From an uncultured Acidobacteriota bacterium (GTDB lineage Bacteria > Acidobacteriota > Terriglobia > UBA7540): 64,000 nt of DNA. Where the stretch lies: contig CAWDSK010000006.1 of the NCBI GenBank assembly GCA_963804995.1, forward strand, positions 416,001 through 480,000. The letters run 5' to 3'. A model generated the notes under the pieces. The model had not been told where the DNA came from. It was given only the letters and a program-made list of their open reading frames with translations, and made no database searches. The translations under genes and the position numbers were made by a program. Shown here piece after piece: positions 43,801 through 53,624 of the stretch (position 1 is its first letter; every line of letters begins with the position of its first letter).

Positions 43801-44769
43801 TTAATGATCCCGCGCGCACGGTGCGCTACCCGAGTCTTGTCCCACGTGGGGGGAGACTTGCGCCAGGAAATAGTCCTCCAACGACATCTTCACAGGGTTG
43901 AGTGAGACAACCTTCGCGTTGCCGTGTACAACCAGTTCCAAGATCTTGGCGACATTGGATTCCTCGCCGATTTGCAGCCGAACTCGGTCCCCGGCTCGAA
44001 TCACCGAAACAGTGTAGGGGCGCAACTCGTCCAGCAACCCCTCCGCGGGGTTTTCCAGCAACAACTCCGTGCTCGATACTCCCAAGCGCAGGATTTCGCG
44101 CAGATGACCACACCCCTGCAGTTTCCCGCGATTCAGGATGGCAACTCGATCACACAACGTTTCCGCATCTGATAGGATATGGGTCGAAAAGAAGACGGTC
44201 TTCTTCTCGTCGCGTAATTGCAGGACCAGATCCCGCACTTCGCGTCGCCCCACGGGGTCCAGGCCAGACATGGGCTCATCCAGAAAAACTACTTCCGGGT
44301 CATTAATCAAGGCTTGCGCGATCCCCACTCTCTGCACCATACCCTTGGAGAATTTCCGCAACGGAACGTTCCGCGATTCGGTAAGCCCCACCCGGTCCAA
44401 GAGCTGATTCACTCGGCGGCGTAGGTCACCTTTCCCTATTCCGAAAAGCCGGCCCGCGTAATTGAGGAACTCCTCCGGCGTCAGGTGGTCATAGAAATAG
44501 GGGTTCTCGGGAAGGTATCCGACCCGCTCGTGAAGCGTTCCATCGTCGAGCTCTTTCCCCAGAATGCGCGCGGTTCCGGAAGTCGGGAAGATCAAGCGGA
44601 ACAAAGTCTTGAGCGTGGTGGTCTTCCCCGCTCCATTATGCCCAAGCAAGCCGAAGACCTCGCCAGTATCTACCTGCAAATCAAGCGAGTCCAGGGCGCG
44701 AATTACTCGGGTCTTCCAAAAACCCACCTTGTACTCTTTCGTCAGTTTTATTATTTCAATGGCAAACAT
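43801..44769 (-). CDS. ABC transporter ATP-binding protein (PilH-like)
   Basis: GHNGAGKTT, FSKGM signature, LDEPMSGLDP. Confidence 0.95.
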   Translation of the reverse strand: MFAIEIIKLTKEYKVGFWKTRVIRALDSLDLQVDTGEVFGLLGHNGAGKTTTLKTLFRLIFPTSGTARILGKELDDGTLHERVGYLPENPYFYDHLTPEEFLNYAGRLFGIGKGDLRRRVNQLLDRVGLTESRNVPLRKFSKGMVQRVGIAQALINDPEVVFLDEPMSGLDPVGRREVRDLVLQLRDEKKTVFFSTHILSDAETLCDRVAILNRGKLQGCGHLREILRLGVSSTELLLENPAEGLLDELRPYTVSVIRAGDRVRLQIGEESNVAKILELVVHGNAKVVSLNPVKMSLEDYFLAQVSPHVGQDSGSAPCARDH

Positions 44770-44891
44770 ACCTTGGATTGCCCATTCTGCGCTGACAGGA
44801 GATTCTCACCGCTTGGTCTCTTGCCCGCGCCTTAAGCCGTGAGAATAAGTATACCTGACGTGGGTTGGACATCCGAGGGATATGAGGCATG

Positions 44892-44923
44892 AAAAAAAAG
44901 GGGAGTCCGTTGACTCCCCCTTT
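44892..44923 (-). terminator. Intrinsic terminator after pilA copy 2
   Basis: ggggagtc/gactcccc stem with an 8-T tract on the minus strand. Confidence 0.85.
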
Positions 44924-44948
44924 GAATCCTTCCCGTGTCCCAACAGAC

Positions 44949-45434
44949 TTAGCCGGCAATCGGCGAGTCCGTGGAACTGGCGGTGGTCGTCGAGTTCTGA
45001 CGAATCACGCCCGACTGGTCGGTGAAGTAGTAGTTCGTTCCGGTGTTGTTGCTGATGGGTGAACCCGTGTACTGGTACGTGTTGATGCGGGTTGTCGCGT
45101 CAGGGGGGCCCGCCGAGTACGCAAAGGTATAGCCGCTCTTGTTGCCCGCTGCCAGCACGCTATCAATCAACCCCGCGGCTGTCGAGGTCGGGTTCGCCCC
45201 CACTGTCGTGGGCGGAGCCAGATAGCTCATGAACGCCGGATACCCGGTGTTGTAAGTCGTGGAGTAGGTTATCTCGGCGGTGTTCAGGGTGCGGAGTGAC
45301 CCTACGGCCGAGGCTTGGTTCGCCGCAATGCGCGAACGCAATAGGTTGGGAATGGCGATTGCCGCGATGATCAGAATGATCGCGACAACGATCAAGAGTT
45401 CAATCAGCGAGAAACCCTTTGAATTTTTCTTCAT
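44949..45434 (-). CDS. pilA: Type IV pilin, copy 2
   Basis: Class III signal KG/FSLIELLIVVAII with E5. Confidence 0.95.
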   Translation of the reverse strand: MKKNSKGFSLIELLIVVAIILIIAAIAIPNLLRSRIAANQASAVGSLRTLNTAEITYSTTYNTGYPAFMSYLAPPTTVGANPTSTAAGLIDSVLAAGNKSGYTFAYSAGPPDATTRINTYQYTGSPISNNTGTNYYFTDQSGVIRQNSTTTASSTDSPIAG

Positions 45435-45499
45435 TCAGCCCTCCATAGATTTGGTTGTTACCACTTGGGAATTCCCAGGAGATACACACCTGTGGGTAA

Positions 45500-45515
45500 G
45501 GCAACTTGCCTTCCA
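45500..45515 (-). promoter_or_regulatory. Sigma54 promoter of pilA copy 2
   Basis: TGGAAGGCAAGTTGCC (GG-N10-GC), 66 bp from the ATG. Confidence 0.7.
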
Positions 45516-45630
45516 AGAGTCGGCTGATTTTTCACTTTTCTCAGAAAACAATACGCCTCTTTTCAATGGATTGAAGGAAATCCATGTTCCATCCCATCCT
45601 CGCTCTTCAGATTGGCGCACCCGATGCCTA

Positions 45631-45662
45631 TTTTTGTCGAACGCCAGAGACAAATCCTGTCA
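45631..45662. promoter_or_regulatory. Candidate PilR enhancer of pilA copy 2
   Basis: TTTTTGTC-N10-GACAAATCCTGTCA, 197 bp from the ATG. Confidence 0.65.
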
Positions 45663-46025
45663 TCTCAAGGGTTGAGATTTCGGCACAATTCCGAGGGCCG
45701 AGAGCTGCAGTGGTAACCCTTGCAGCCGGTCGCAAACCCTGCCTGCATCTCAGTAAATGTCTCAAGGGAGCAGGCTGGGTGCAAGCTACGTTGGCTCCCT
45801 ATCTCGGGAGTGGGTCACTTTCGTTTTTTAATGGCGGCGGTTGGAGTATCCCACCCAGGGGCAGGGACCGTCGGCTTTTGATTCAAAAGATTCCGGTGCT
45901 CCCCCTCAAGGCGGGGCAGGCACGGAGCACCGCTGCGGGAGGCTGATTCGCTACCCCTATTTCCGGTACTGTGATCCAAATATATTGACCCTTGGTCTAT
46001 ACTGTGCGGTTAAGACGATCCATCC

Positions 46026-47891
46026 ATGACGAGGAATAAGTCGCGACCTATGTCCACCAAACCCCACACCAATGTTAGCTCTCCCGAACGCGAGGGTGTG
46101 ACAACACGGGAGCTGCCGAAAGAAACCCGCGGAGTTGCCCAAAGCCTCCCTTTTGGGCTGGGGATCGCACTGGTTCTGGCGCTAACTTTTGCGGCGTACA
46201 GCCACACGCTCCATTACCAGTTTGTCCATGATGACGGAGGCCAGATTGTGGAGAATCCCGTGGTCCATTCCTGGCGGGACGTCCCCGGCTACTTTGCGTC
46301 ACACGTTTGGGAGGGGGTCGACCCGGAAGACCTGGGGAACTATTACCGCCCACTTTTCGTGTTCTGGCTGAGAATCAACGACGCGATTTTCGGAAACCAA
46401 CCGTGGGGATGGCATCTCACCACCATCCTGACACACCTTCTAACCACTTTCTTGGTGTATCTCCTGGCGGGACGGCTGGTAAACCGGGATGTCGCAACAC
46501 TGGCGGCGCTGATTTTCGGCCTCCATCCCGCGCACATCGAGGCTGTGGCCTGGATCTCGGGGGTAACTGAACCTTTGCTGGGGATCTTTCTTATAGGTTC
46601 ATTCCTTTGTTACCTCCAGTCGCGGCGAGACGACGAACGGGTCCTTCCATGGAAACTTGCCTCCCTGGCATTATTTGCTCTGGCCATTTTGGAAAAGGAA
46701 ACCGCTGTGATACTTCCCGGCTTTCTACTTGTCTATGAGTGGGTCTATAGGCCGGAATGGGGAAGGCCGCTGCAAGGAAGGAGAGTTGTCGATTGGTGTG
46801 GAGGGGCACTTCGGAAAACCTGGGCGTACTTTCTCCTAGGGCTCCTTTACCTGCCAGCGCGAATCCATGCTCTGAAAGGATTCAGCCACACTATTACACC
46901 TCTCAGTGCCAGCCAGTTGCTCTTCACCTGGCCCGGGCTAATTTGGTTCTGGATACGCCACCTGCTGTGGCCCGTCGGCCTGACCACCTTTTATGACATG
47001 CCTGCCGTGGTCCACCCCACTCTGCGGAATTTCATTCTGCCCGCCATCCTGGATGTCTGTGTCGGATTTGCCCTGGTCGCTTGGGCTCGGCGCTCTCGTG
47101 CCACCGCCTTCTTTGCGACCTGGTTGGTAGTGCCATTTATTCCACTGCTCAATATCCAGGTCTTTGCCGCAGACGATTTTGCCCACGACCGGTACCTTTA
47201 CCTCCCCTCCGTTGGTCTGGCAGTTCTCGCTGCACTTCTCCTGAGGAAGGTATGCAGGGGACAACCACGATATTGGGGCCTGCCAGCATCCCTCCTCATT
47301 ACCGTATTGTGCCTGGCTACAATTCTGAGCTACGGAACAGTTACAGCGAGCCAATACTTCAGAGATAATGATACCTTTTATTCGTACAACATCAGCCGAG
47401 CGCCACACAACCGCTTTGTCGAAATCGACTATGCCATCGTCCTGGGCGAGAAGGGGATGTACGCCCCCGCCCTCGAACGCCTTACGGACGTGGAAAAACG
47501 GTATCCGAACTTCTGGCCCGCCAGCTACAACCTGGCTTACACTTACTACAAATTGGGGCAACAACCGGAAGCAGAGAAGTATTTCCTGGAGGCCATCCGC
47601 ATCAAACCCTACAAACCGGATGCCTTCCTGTACCTGGGGATGACGCGTTTCAAGATGGGCCAAACCCCCGAGGCCATCGCTGCGGTGCGGCAAGCGATTG
47701 CGATTCGCCCCAAGGGCTACGCTTACCATTTTGCCCTCGGGATCATGCTAAAGACGCAAGGAGACCTGAACGGCGCCCTCCGCGAGTTCCGGATGGAGCT
47801 GTTAAATTACCCGGGTGAAAGATCAGCGTTTGAACAGGTCGCGGAGATTGAAAATCAGTTAAAGCAGCAAACCAAACCCCCGCTTCAATGA
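46026..47891 (+). CDS. Second TMTC-like GT-C glycosyltransferase with TPRs
   Basis: FVHDD...NYYRPL, IFGLHPAHIEAVAWIS, EKE, HDRYLYLPSVG; C-terminal TPRs; start uncertain. Confidence 0.85.
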   Translation: MTRNKSRPMSTKPHTNVSSPEREGVTTRELPKETRGVAQSLPFGLGIALVLALTFAAYSHTLHYQFVHDDGGQIVENPVVHSWRDVPGYFASHVWEGVDPEDLGNYYRPLFVFWLRINDAIFGNQPWGWHLTTILTHLLTTFLVYLLAGRLVNRDVATLAALIFGLHPAHIEAVAWISGVTEPLLGIFLIGSFLCYLQSRRDDERVLPWKLASLALFALAILEKETAVILPGFLLVYEWVYRPEWGRPLQGRRVVDWCGGALRKTWAYFLLGLLYLPARIHALKGFSHTITPLSASQLLFTWPGLIWFWIRHLLWPVGLTTFYDMPAVVHPTLRNFILPAILDVCVGFALVAWARRSRATAFFATWLVVPFIPLLNIQVFAADDFAHDRYLYLPSVGLAVLAALLLRKVCRGQPRYWGLPASLLITVLCLATILSYGTVTASQYFRDNDTFYSYNISRAPHNRFVEIDYAIVLGEKGMYAPALERLTDVEKRYPNFWPASYNLAYTYYKLGQQPEAEKYFLEAIRIKPYKPDAFLYLGMTRFKMGQTPEAIAAVRQAIAIRPKGYAYHFALGIMLKTQGDLNGALREFRMELLNYPGERSAFEQVAEIENQLKQQTKPPLQ

Positions 47892-47958
47892 GGGACGGAG
47901 ATGGAAGCTTCGAGCAGGCAAACGTTGCGGTGAGATTTCCCCTGCCGAGGGCCAAGTC

Positions 47959-47991
47959 AAAACAAAAGGGGAGTCCTTTGACTCCCCTTTG
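47959..47991. terminator. Terminator between convergent pilA copy 1 and the TMTC-like gene
   Basis: aaaaggggagtc-cttt-gactcccctttg; possibly bidirectional. Confidence 0.8.
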
Positions 47992-48015
47992 AATCCTTCC
48001 CGTGTCCCAACAGAC

Positions 48016-48501
48016 TTAGCCGGCAATCGGCGAGTCCGTGGAACTGGCGGTGGTCGTCGAGTTCTGACGAATCACGCCCGACTGGTCGGTGAAGTAGTAG
48101 TTCGTTCCGGTGTTGTTGCTGATGGGTGAACCCGTGTACTGGTACGTGTTGATGCGGGTTGTCGCGTCAGGGGGGCCCGCCGAGTACGCAAAGGTATAGC
48201 CGCTCTTGTTGCCCGCTGCCAGCACGCTATCAATCAACCCCGCGGCTGTTGAGGTCGGGTTCGCCCCCACTGTCGTGGGCGGAGCCAGATAGCTCATGAA
48301 CGCCGGATACCCGGTGTTGTAAGTCGTGGAGTAGGTTATCTCGGCGGTGTTCAGGGTACGGAGCGACCCTACGGCCGAGGCTTGGTTCGCCGCAATGCGC
48401 GAACGCAATAGGTTGGGAATGGCGATTGCCGCGATGATCAGAATGATCGCGACAACGATCAACAACTCAATCAGTGAGAAACCCTTCGAACCCTTCTTCA
48501 T
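48016..48501 (-). CDS. pilA: Type IV pilin, copy 1
   Basis: KG/FSLIELL; directly downstream of pilSR; mature protein identical to copy 2. Confidence 0.95.
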   Translation of the reverse strand: MKKGSKGFSLIELLIVVAIILIIAAIAIPNLLRSRIAANQASAVGSLRTLNTAEITYSTTYNTGYPAFMSYLAPPTTVGANPTSTAAGLIDSVLAAGNKSGYTFAYSAGPPDATTRINTYQYTGSPISNNTGTNYYFTDQSGVIRQNSTTTASSTDSPIAG

Positions 48502-48566
48502 TCAATCCTCCTCTATTCTCAATCAACCGCCTGGGAATTCCAAATTGGTAACCGTAACTGAAGGTG

Positions 48567-48582
48567 TGCAAGTGGGACGCCA
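48567..48582 (-). promoter_or_regulatory. Sigma54 promoter of pilA copy 1
   Basis: TGGCGTCCCACTTGCA, 66 bp from the ATG. Confidence 0.8.
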
Positions 48583-48696
48583 AGTCCAATAGAGAAATAC
48601 CTTCACACCGACTCCATCCCTTTTATCATGAGAATGATGCACTAAGCCCCCCTCCGGACTTTCCAGCAGGTCACCCGCTGGAAGGGAAAAAGCCTG

Positions 48697-48728
48697 TTTT
48701 TGTCTAAACCCTACGACAATTTCTGTCA
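48697..48728. promoter_or_regulatory. Candidate PilR enhancer of pilA copy 1
   Basis: TTTTTGTC-N10-GACAATTTCTGTCA, 196 bp from the ATG. Confidence 0.65.
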
Positions 48729-48881
48729 CCTAATCGTGCAGATGAGGCCAAGGCACATGCCACTTAGCCTGGAAGCAACGACGCGGCGAGCAAGGTTGCG
48801 GTTCGGTTCTACTGAAGCTATTATAATATATGCGATAACTCACAAGTAATACAAGCGTGGCAGCCACGCTTCTATACCCAG

Positions 48882-50252
48882 CTAGATTCCGTACTTCTTC
48901 GCGTAGTGCCGGAAGGAGCGATAAGACATATGGAGGATATCCGCGGCTCGGCGACGAACTCCTCCCGCTGCCTGCAGCGCTGCCACCAGGTATTGCTTCT
49001 CTGTTTGTGAAATCTGAACCTCAAAATCAATACCTTCCGCCGGGATCTGAATGACCCTTTCACCGCTCATGGCGAATCCGGTTACTGATTCGGGAAGGTG
49101 TGATAGTTCGACCAGTTCCTGGCGGCTTTCGCTCACGGCGACAGCATGTTCGACGGCATTTTCCAGTTCCCGGACATTCCCGGGCCAACTCCCGCGCTTT
49201 AAGGTTGCCAGCGCCTCAGGATTGAAATCACTCAAGGGCTTTCCCATTTGCAGGGCGAACTTACGTAGGAAGTGTCGTGCCAGGGGTTCGATGTCGTCGG
49301 GGCGTTCTCGCAAGGGCGGGACATGAATGGGGATCACGCTGATGCGATAATAAAAATCCTCCCGAAACTGCCCACTGGCTACCATCCGCTTCAGATCCCG
49401 GTTGGTGGAAGCGATTAAGCGTACATCCACAGAGACATCCATGGTGCCGCCCAGAGGCCGGACCGTCCTTTCCTGCAAGACCCGCAAAAGTTTAACTTGC
49501 ATCCCGGGGCTAGTTTCCCCGATTTCATCCAGGAAAAGTGTTCCCCCATGCGCCGATTCAATAATGCCCTTGCGGTTCGATTCCGCACCCGTAAATGCCC
49601 CGCGGAGATATCCGAAGAGTTCGCTTTCCAAAAGGGTTTCGGGAAAGGCCCCGCAGTTGATCGAGACGAAGGGTTTTTCCCGGCGCGTACTGGCTTCATG
49701 AATGGCGCGCGCCACCAGTTCCTTGCCCGTCCCACTTTCGCCAGTAATCAAGACCGTACTGGTCGTCGGGGCGACGGTTCGAACCATCTCCAGGATGGCT
49801 TCGATTGAGTGGCTGCGGCCCACGATGTTCTGCGCGGCAAACAGGCGCAAAAGCTCGCGCCGGAGGCGGATGTTCTCTTCGCGCAGAGCTAACTCTTCCA
49901 AGGCGCGGTTCACCGTCAGCTTCAGCTCTTCCACAAGCGTGTCGGTTTTGATGACATACCGGTATGCTCCCAAGTTCAAAGCCTGGATGGCGGTCGACAT
50001 AGTGGGGACGGCCGTAATAAGAAGGAACGCAGCCGGGTTACGAGTGTCACGGGCATATTCCAGTAATTCGATCCCGGTCAGGTCCGGCATGCGGATGTCC
50101 GAAATGATCAAGTCATAAACCTGGGACTCGATCTTCTTTTTGGCGGCCTGGCCACTGGAAACGGTTTCAACCAGGTGTCCGTCTTTCCGAAAAGCGATTT
50201 CGAGCAGTTGGCACAGCGATTTCTCGTCATCGACGACCAAGAGTCGAGCCAT
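48882..50252 (-). CDS. pilR: Sigma54-dependent response regulator PilR
   Basis: Receiver VVDDE/DIRMP, GESGTGKE, GAFTGA, HTH ending SYRSFRHY; locus context. Confidence 0.92.
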   Translation of the reverse strand: MARLLVVDDEKSLCQLLEIAFRKDGHLVETVSSGQAAKKKIESQVYDLIISDIRMPDLTGIELLEYARDTRNPAAFLLITAVPTMSTAIQALNLGAYRYVIKTDTLVEELKLTVNRALEELALREENIRLRRELLRLFAAQNIVGRSHSIEAILEMVRTVAPTTSTVLITGESGTGKELVARAIHEASTRREKPFVSINCGAFPETLLESELFGYLRGAFTGAESNRKGIIESAHGGTLFLDEIGETSPGMQVKLLRVLQERTVRPLGGTMDVSVDVRLIASTNRDLKRMVASGQFREDFYYRISVIPIHVPPLRERPDDIEPLARHFLRKFALQMGKPLSDFNPEALATLKRGSWPGNVRELENAVEHAVAVSESRQELVELSHLPESVTGFAMSGERVIQIPAEGIDFEVQISQTEKQYLVAALQAAGGVRRRAADILHMSYRSFRHYAKKYGI

Positions 50253-50262
50253 CAGTTGCTCC

Positions 50263-52005
50263 TCATGGGATAATTCCCTCCCTCGGTCGCCGGGAATCGG
50301 CGACCGGCTGAGCCGTTCCCCCCTTGGAAAGCAGGAGCGGCGAGTCCGGACGTGGCAATTCGATCAAAAAGCGCGCCCCCCTTCCAGGCTTGGACTCGAC
50401 TTGGATGGAGCCCTGATGCCCCTGGATGATCTGATAAACGAGCGCCAATCCCAACCCCGTTCCCTCGCTGAAACCTGATTGAAATGGCTCAAAGAGTTTT
50501 TCCAGCTGCACAGATGTAAAGCCGATGCCACTGTCGCTCAGGACGATGCGAACTTTGTCGCCCGTCTCTTCCGCCTGGGCGCTAAGCACCCCTCCGCTGG
50601 GCATCGCTTTGAGCGAGTTGTCACAAATATTCCAAAAGACCTGCCGGAGCTTATCGGCATCGGCGGTCAGCGTCACCGCCCGTCGGGGAAACTTGCGTTC
50701 AATCCGGAACTGCGGGCCAAAAAGCGGATGATGTTCGACCAGCAGAAGAGTCTCCTCCAGCAGATTGACCACGTCAACCCGGTGAAACTCTAATCGTTGG
50801 TCTCGCGAGTACAGCAGAAAATCGGAAACCAGCTTGTTGAGCCGCTCAGATTCCCGGCTGACAATCGCAATCAGCTTCGCCTGATCCTCGTCAAGCTGGC
50901 TGATGGAATCCAAGAGCTTCACAGAGCCTGCGATCGAGGCGAGAGGATTGCGGATTTCATGAGCGATGCCCGCTGCCATGCGGCCCAGGGTCGCCATGCG
51001 GTCTTTGGTCCGGTACTCGACTTCTCGCCGCTTTTCCTCCGTCAAGTCTTGAAAGTTGTAAACGTACCCCACCGCGCCCACTTCTGGCACCACCAGTGGA
51101 GATGATGAGACACCTAGGATGCGGTGCTCCCGCTGGGGATGACGATACGTGATTTCCTGGCGGAAAGGGGGCGAGTCAGCCTCATGCCCGCCCCGATCAT
51201 GTGGCAGGCCGCGGAACACTGTCTCAATCCGTCGCCCACGAAGGACTTCAATCTCGCGGCCCAGAATCTCCGCCCCCGCCGGGTTTAATTCCGTGATGGT
51301 TCCGTCGAGATCGGTGCTCAATAGACCTTCGCTCATACTCTGGATGATGTTTTCGTTTTTGGCCTGGAGGCTGGCGACTTGTCCGCTCTTGTCCCGCAAC
51401 TCAGCCCCAGCCTTGCGAAGACTTTCCGCCAAGTGGCTGGAAAGATAGGCCACTGCAAAAAAGGCGAAAAGGCTCGCACTAATCTTAACCTGCAGCGTTC
51501 TCAGGTCTACCGGCAGGGACGAGGCGGTGGCCAGAATATGCAGAGCCGGGTAATGCTCCACGAGCTGAGGGTAGATACTCGGCAGGTAAGCGAGCTCGAT
51601 TACCGAACCCATCAGCACGAAACTCACCGCCGCCACCATGAACGCCCGGGCGCGGGGAAGAAGGATACTGGCCAGGATGATCGCGACCAGATACAGAGAA
51701 AGATAATTGCTCTCCAGGTCGCCCGTCACATGGAGAATGCCAGTGATGATGACCACATCCAAGAAAATCTGAAGATAGGCCTGCAGCAGATAGTCTTGAC
51801 TGATCTGATTGTAAATCAGGAAGAAGAGGCTCAGGATCAACCAGAGAATGACCGCCACCCCCAAATACTTGATGGAGGTGGCATTGGCAGGGTCAGGAGC
51901 CAATTGCCGGATGGCATAATCGATGGCGAATACAAAAACGATGATCACGAACCGGATCTTGATGACCCACGGAAGCCAATCCTTTATTTCGCCGGTAGAG
52001 GTCAT
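50263..52005 (-). CDS. pilS: Sensor histidine kinase PilS
   Basis: N-terminal TM bundle, PAS, AHEIRNPL, GTGLGLA; locus context. Confidence 0.9.
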   Translation of the reverse strand: MTSTGEIKDWLPWVIKIRFVIIVFVFAIDYAIRQLAPDPANATSIKYLGVAVILWLILSLFFLIYNQISQDYLLQAYLQIFLDVVIITGILHVTGDLESNYLSLYLVAIILASILLPRARAFMVAAVSFVLMGSVIELAYLPSIYPQLVEHYPALHILATASSLPVDLRTLQVKISASLFAFFAVAYLSSHLAESLRKAGAELRDKSGQVASLQAKNENIIQSMSEGLLSTDLDGTITELNPAGAEILGREIEVLRGRRIETVFRGLPHDRGGHEADSPPFRQEITYRHPQREHRILGVSSSPLVVPEVGAVGYVYNFQDLTEEKRREVEYRTKDRMATLGRMAAGIAHEIRNPLASIAGSVKLLDSISQLDEDQAKLIAIVSRESERLNKLVSDFLLYSRDQRLEFHRVDVVNLLEETLLLVEHHPLFGPQFRIERKFPRRAVTLTADADKLRQVFWNICDNSLKAMPSGGVLSAQAEETGDKVRIVLSDSGIGFTSVQLEKLFEPFQSGFSEGTGLGLALVYQIIQGHQGSIQVESKPGRGARFLIELPRPDSPLLLSKGGTAQPVADSRRPREGIIP

Positions 52006-52331
52006 AAGAACATTCGGGTTAACTACGCCCCCGCGCGGAGGTAATTAGTTCCAAGGCATGAAGGCTGATGCCCCCTGCCCCGTCCCCCGGTTAAGGGGTT
52101 GGGCAAGGCACAATCCAGAATTCATTTTGGCTCCATTTCCTCCCCTCGGTCCGGCGATCTCAGCTTGGAGCCCGAGGCCGGCCGACGAGTGGTGGGGGCG
52201 GCGGACTTGCCGTGACCTGGCTAGGAGGATAGCCCAGGAAAACGGTGGGCTGGCCAACCTATCGCGAGTGGAGTTCTTCCCTGGGGTCCGCCGGCAGCGG
52301 GACGGGGGACCCCAAGTAGCATTTCGGCGTC

Positions 52332-53544
52332 CTAGCCTGCCAGTTTCCCAATCAGACTGAACAGGGGAAGATACATGGAAATAACCACACCGCCAACGAC
52401 CACGCCCAGAATGAGAATGATCATCGGTTCCATCGCGGTAAGCAGATCGCCCACCGCGGCGTCAACTTCGTCCTCATAAAAATCGGCAACCTTATTCAGC
52501 ATGGCATCCAAAGCACCGGTCTGCTCACCCACCCCAATCATTTGTGTGACCATGTTCGGAAACACCCCTGTTTCGCGCAGGGGGTCAACAATCGTCCGGC
52601 CCGTTTCGATGGCCCTCCGGACACTGAGGATGGCCCTTTCAACCACGGCGTTCCCGGAGGTACGCGCGGTGATATCCATGGCTTCGAGCATCGGAACGCC
52701 GCTCGTGATCAGGGTACCCAGGGTACGGGTGAAACGCGCCACAGCGATCTTCCTCATCAGATTTCCGAGCACGGGGAGCTTCAGAATTAACGAGTCAATC
52801 ACCAGCCGGCCATCAGGAGTCTCATAGTATTTCTTGAATCCCCACACGCCAAAACCGGCCGCCACAATCAGCGGGATCGCAAACGTTCCGATGGCGTTGC
52901 TGAGCCCGATCACAATTCGCGTGGGCAAAGGCAACTCTACGCCCAGCCCCGCGAACAGGGTGGCAAAGATGGGAACCACTTTCCAAAGCAGGAGGAAGAT
53001 CACGCCGCCGGCGATAAGCAGCACGGCGATCGGGTAAATCAACGCGGACTGCACGGCGCGCCTGAGTTTGACGGCTTTTTCAATGTAGCCCGAGAGTCGC
53101 TGCAGGATGGTGTCGAGAATACCGCCCGTCTCCGCCAGCCTCCACCATGTTGCAGTAGAGGGGGTCAAAGATCTTGGGATACTGGCGCAGACCATTGGCA
53201 AGCGTTGAGCCCGCCTCCACGGAAGTCCGCACGTCCGTCAACGCCTTCGCAAAGGACTTGTTTTCCTGCTGGGTCGACAAGATCTCCAAGCACTGGACCA
53301 GTGGCAATCCAGCATCAATCATCACCGAAAACTGCCGTGTGAATACGGCGAGCTCTTTGGCGGAAACCTTACCCGCCACCTTGGGCTTGGGAATGGCGAT
53401 CTCTCGTCCCTTTTCAACGATCCGGGTGGGGGTAATCTGCTCCTGGCGGAGCATCGCGTCCAACGCTTCGCGATTGGAAGCGACCCTGGTCCCACTTACC
53501 GACTGGCCAGTTCGCGAAGTCCCACGATATTCAAATTGCGCCAT
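52332..53544 (-). pseudogene. pilC: Type IV pilus platform protein PilC with +1 frameshift (real or sequencing error)
   Basis: Two ORFs join to ...YCNMVEAG|ETGGILDT... if one G at 53132-53133 is removed; FTRQFSVMIDAGLPL and GEQTGALD motifs. Confidence 0.88.
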
Positions 53545-53624
53545 CGCTTCACCTCACTCCGTTCTGCTCCGCCCCTTTCCCGGCGCCGCCACCCTGGAGG
53601 CCTGTCTGGGGCCAACCGAGCGCG

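Noticed and set aside
44949..45434. Silent pilin cassette for Neisseria-style antigenic variation
   Set aside because: The copy is complete, has its own promoter-like motifs and encodes an identical mature protein
44949..48501. Electrically conductive (e-pilus) pilin
   Set aside because: Aromatics are ~9% by hand count, but there are none between F1 and ~Y50 and the pilin is full length
53125..53165. Phase variation or programmed frameshift in pilC
   Set aside because: The indel maps to a GG dinucleotide, with no long homopolymer or slippery heptamer at the site
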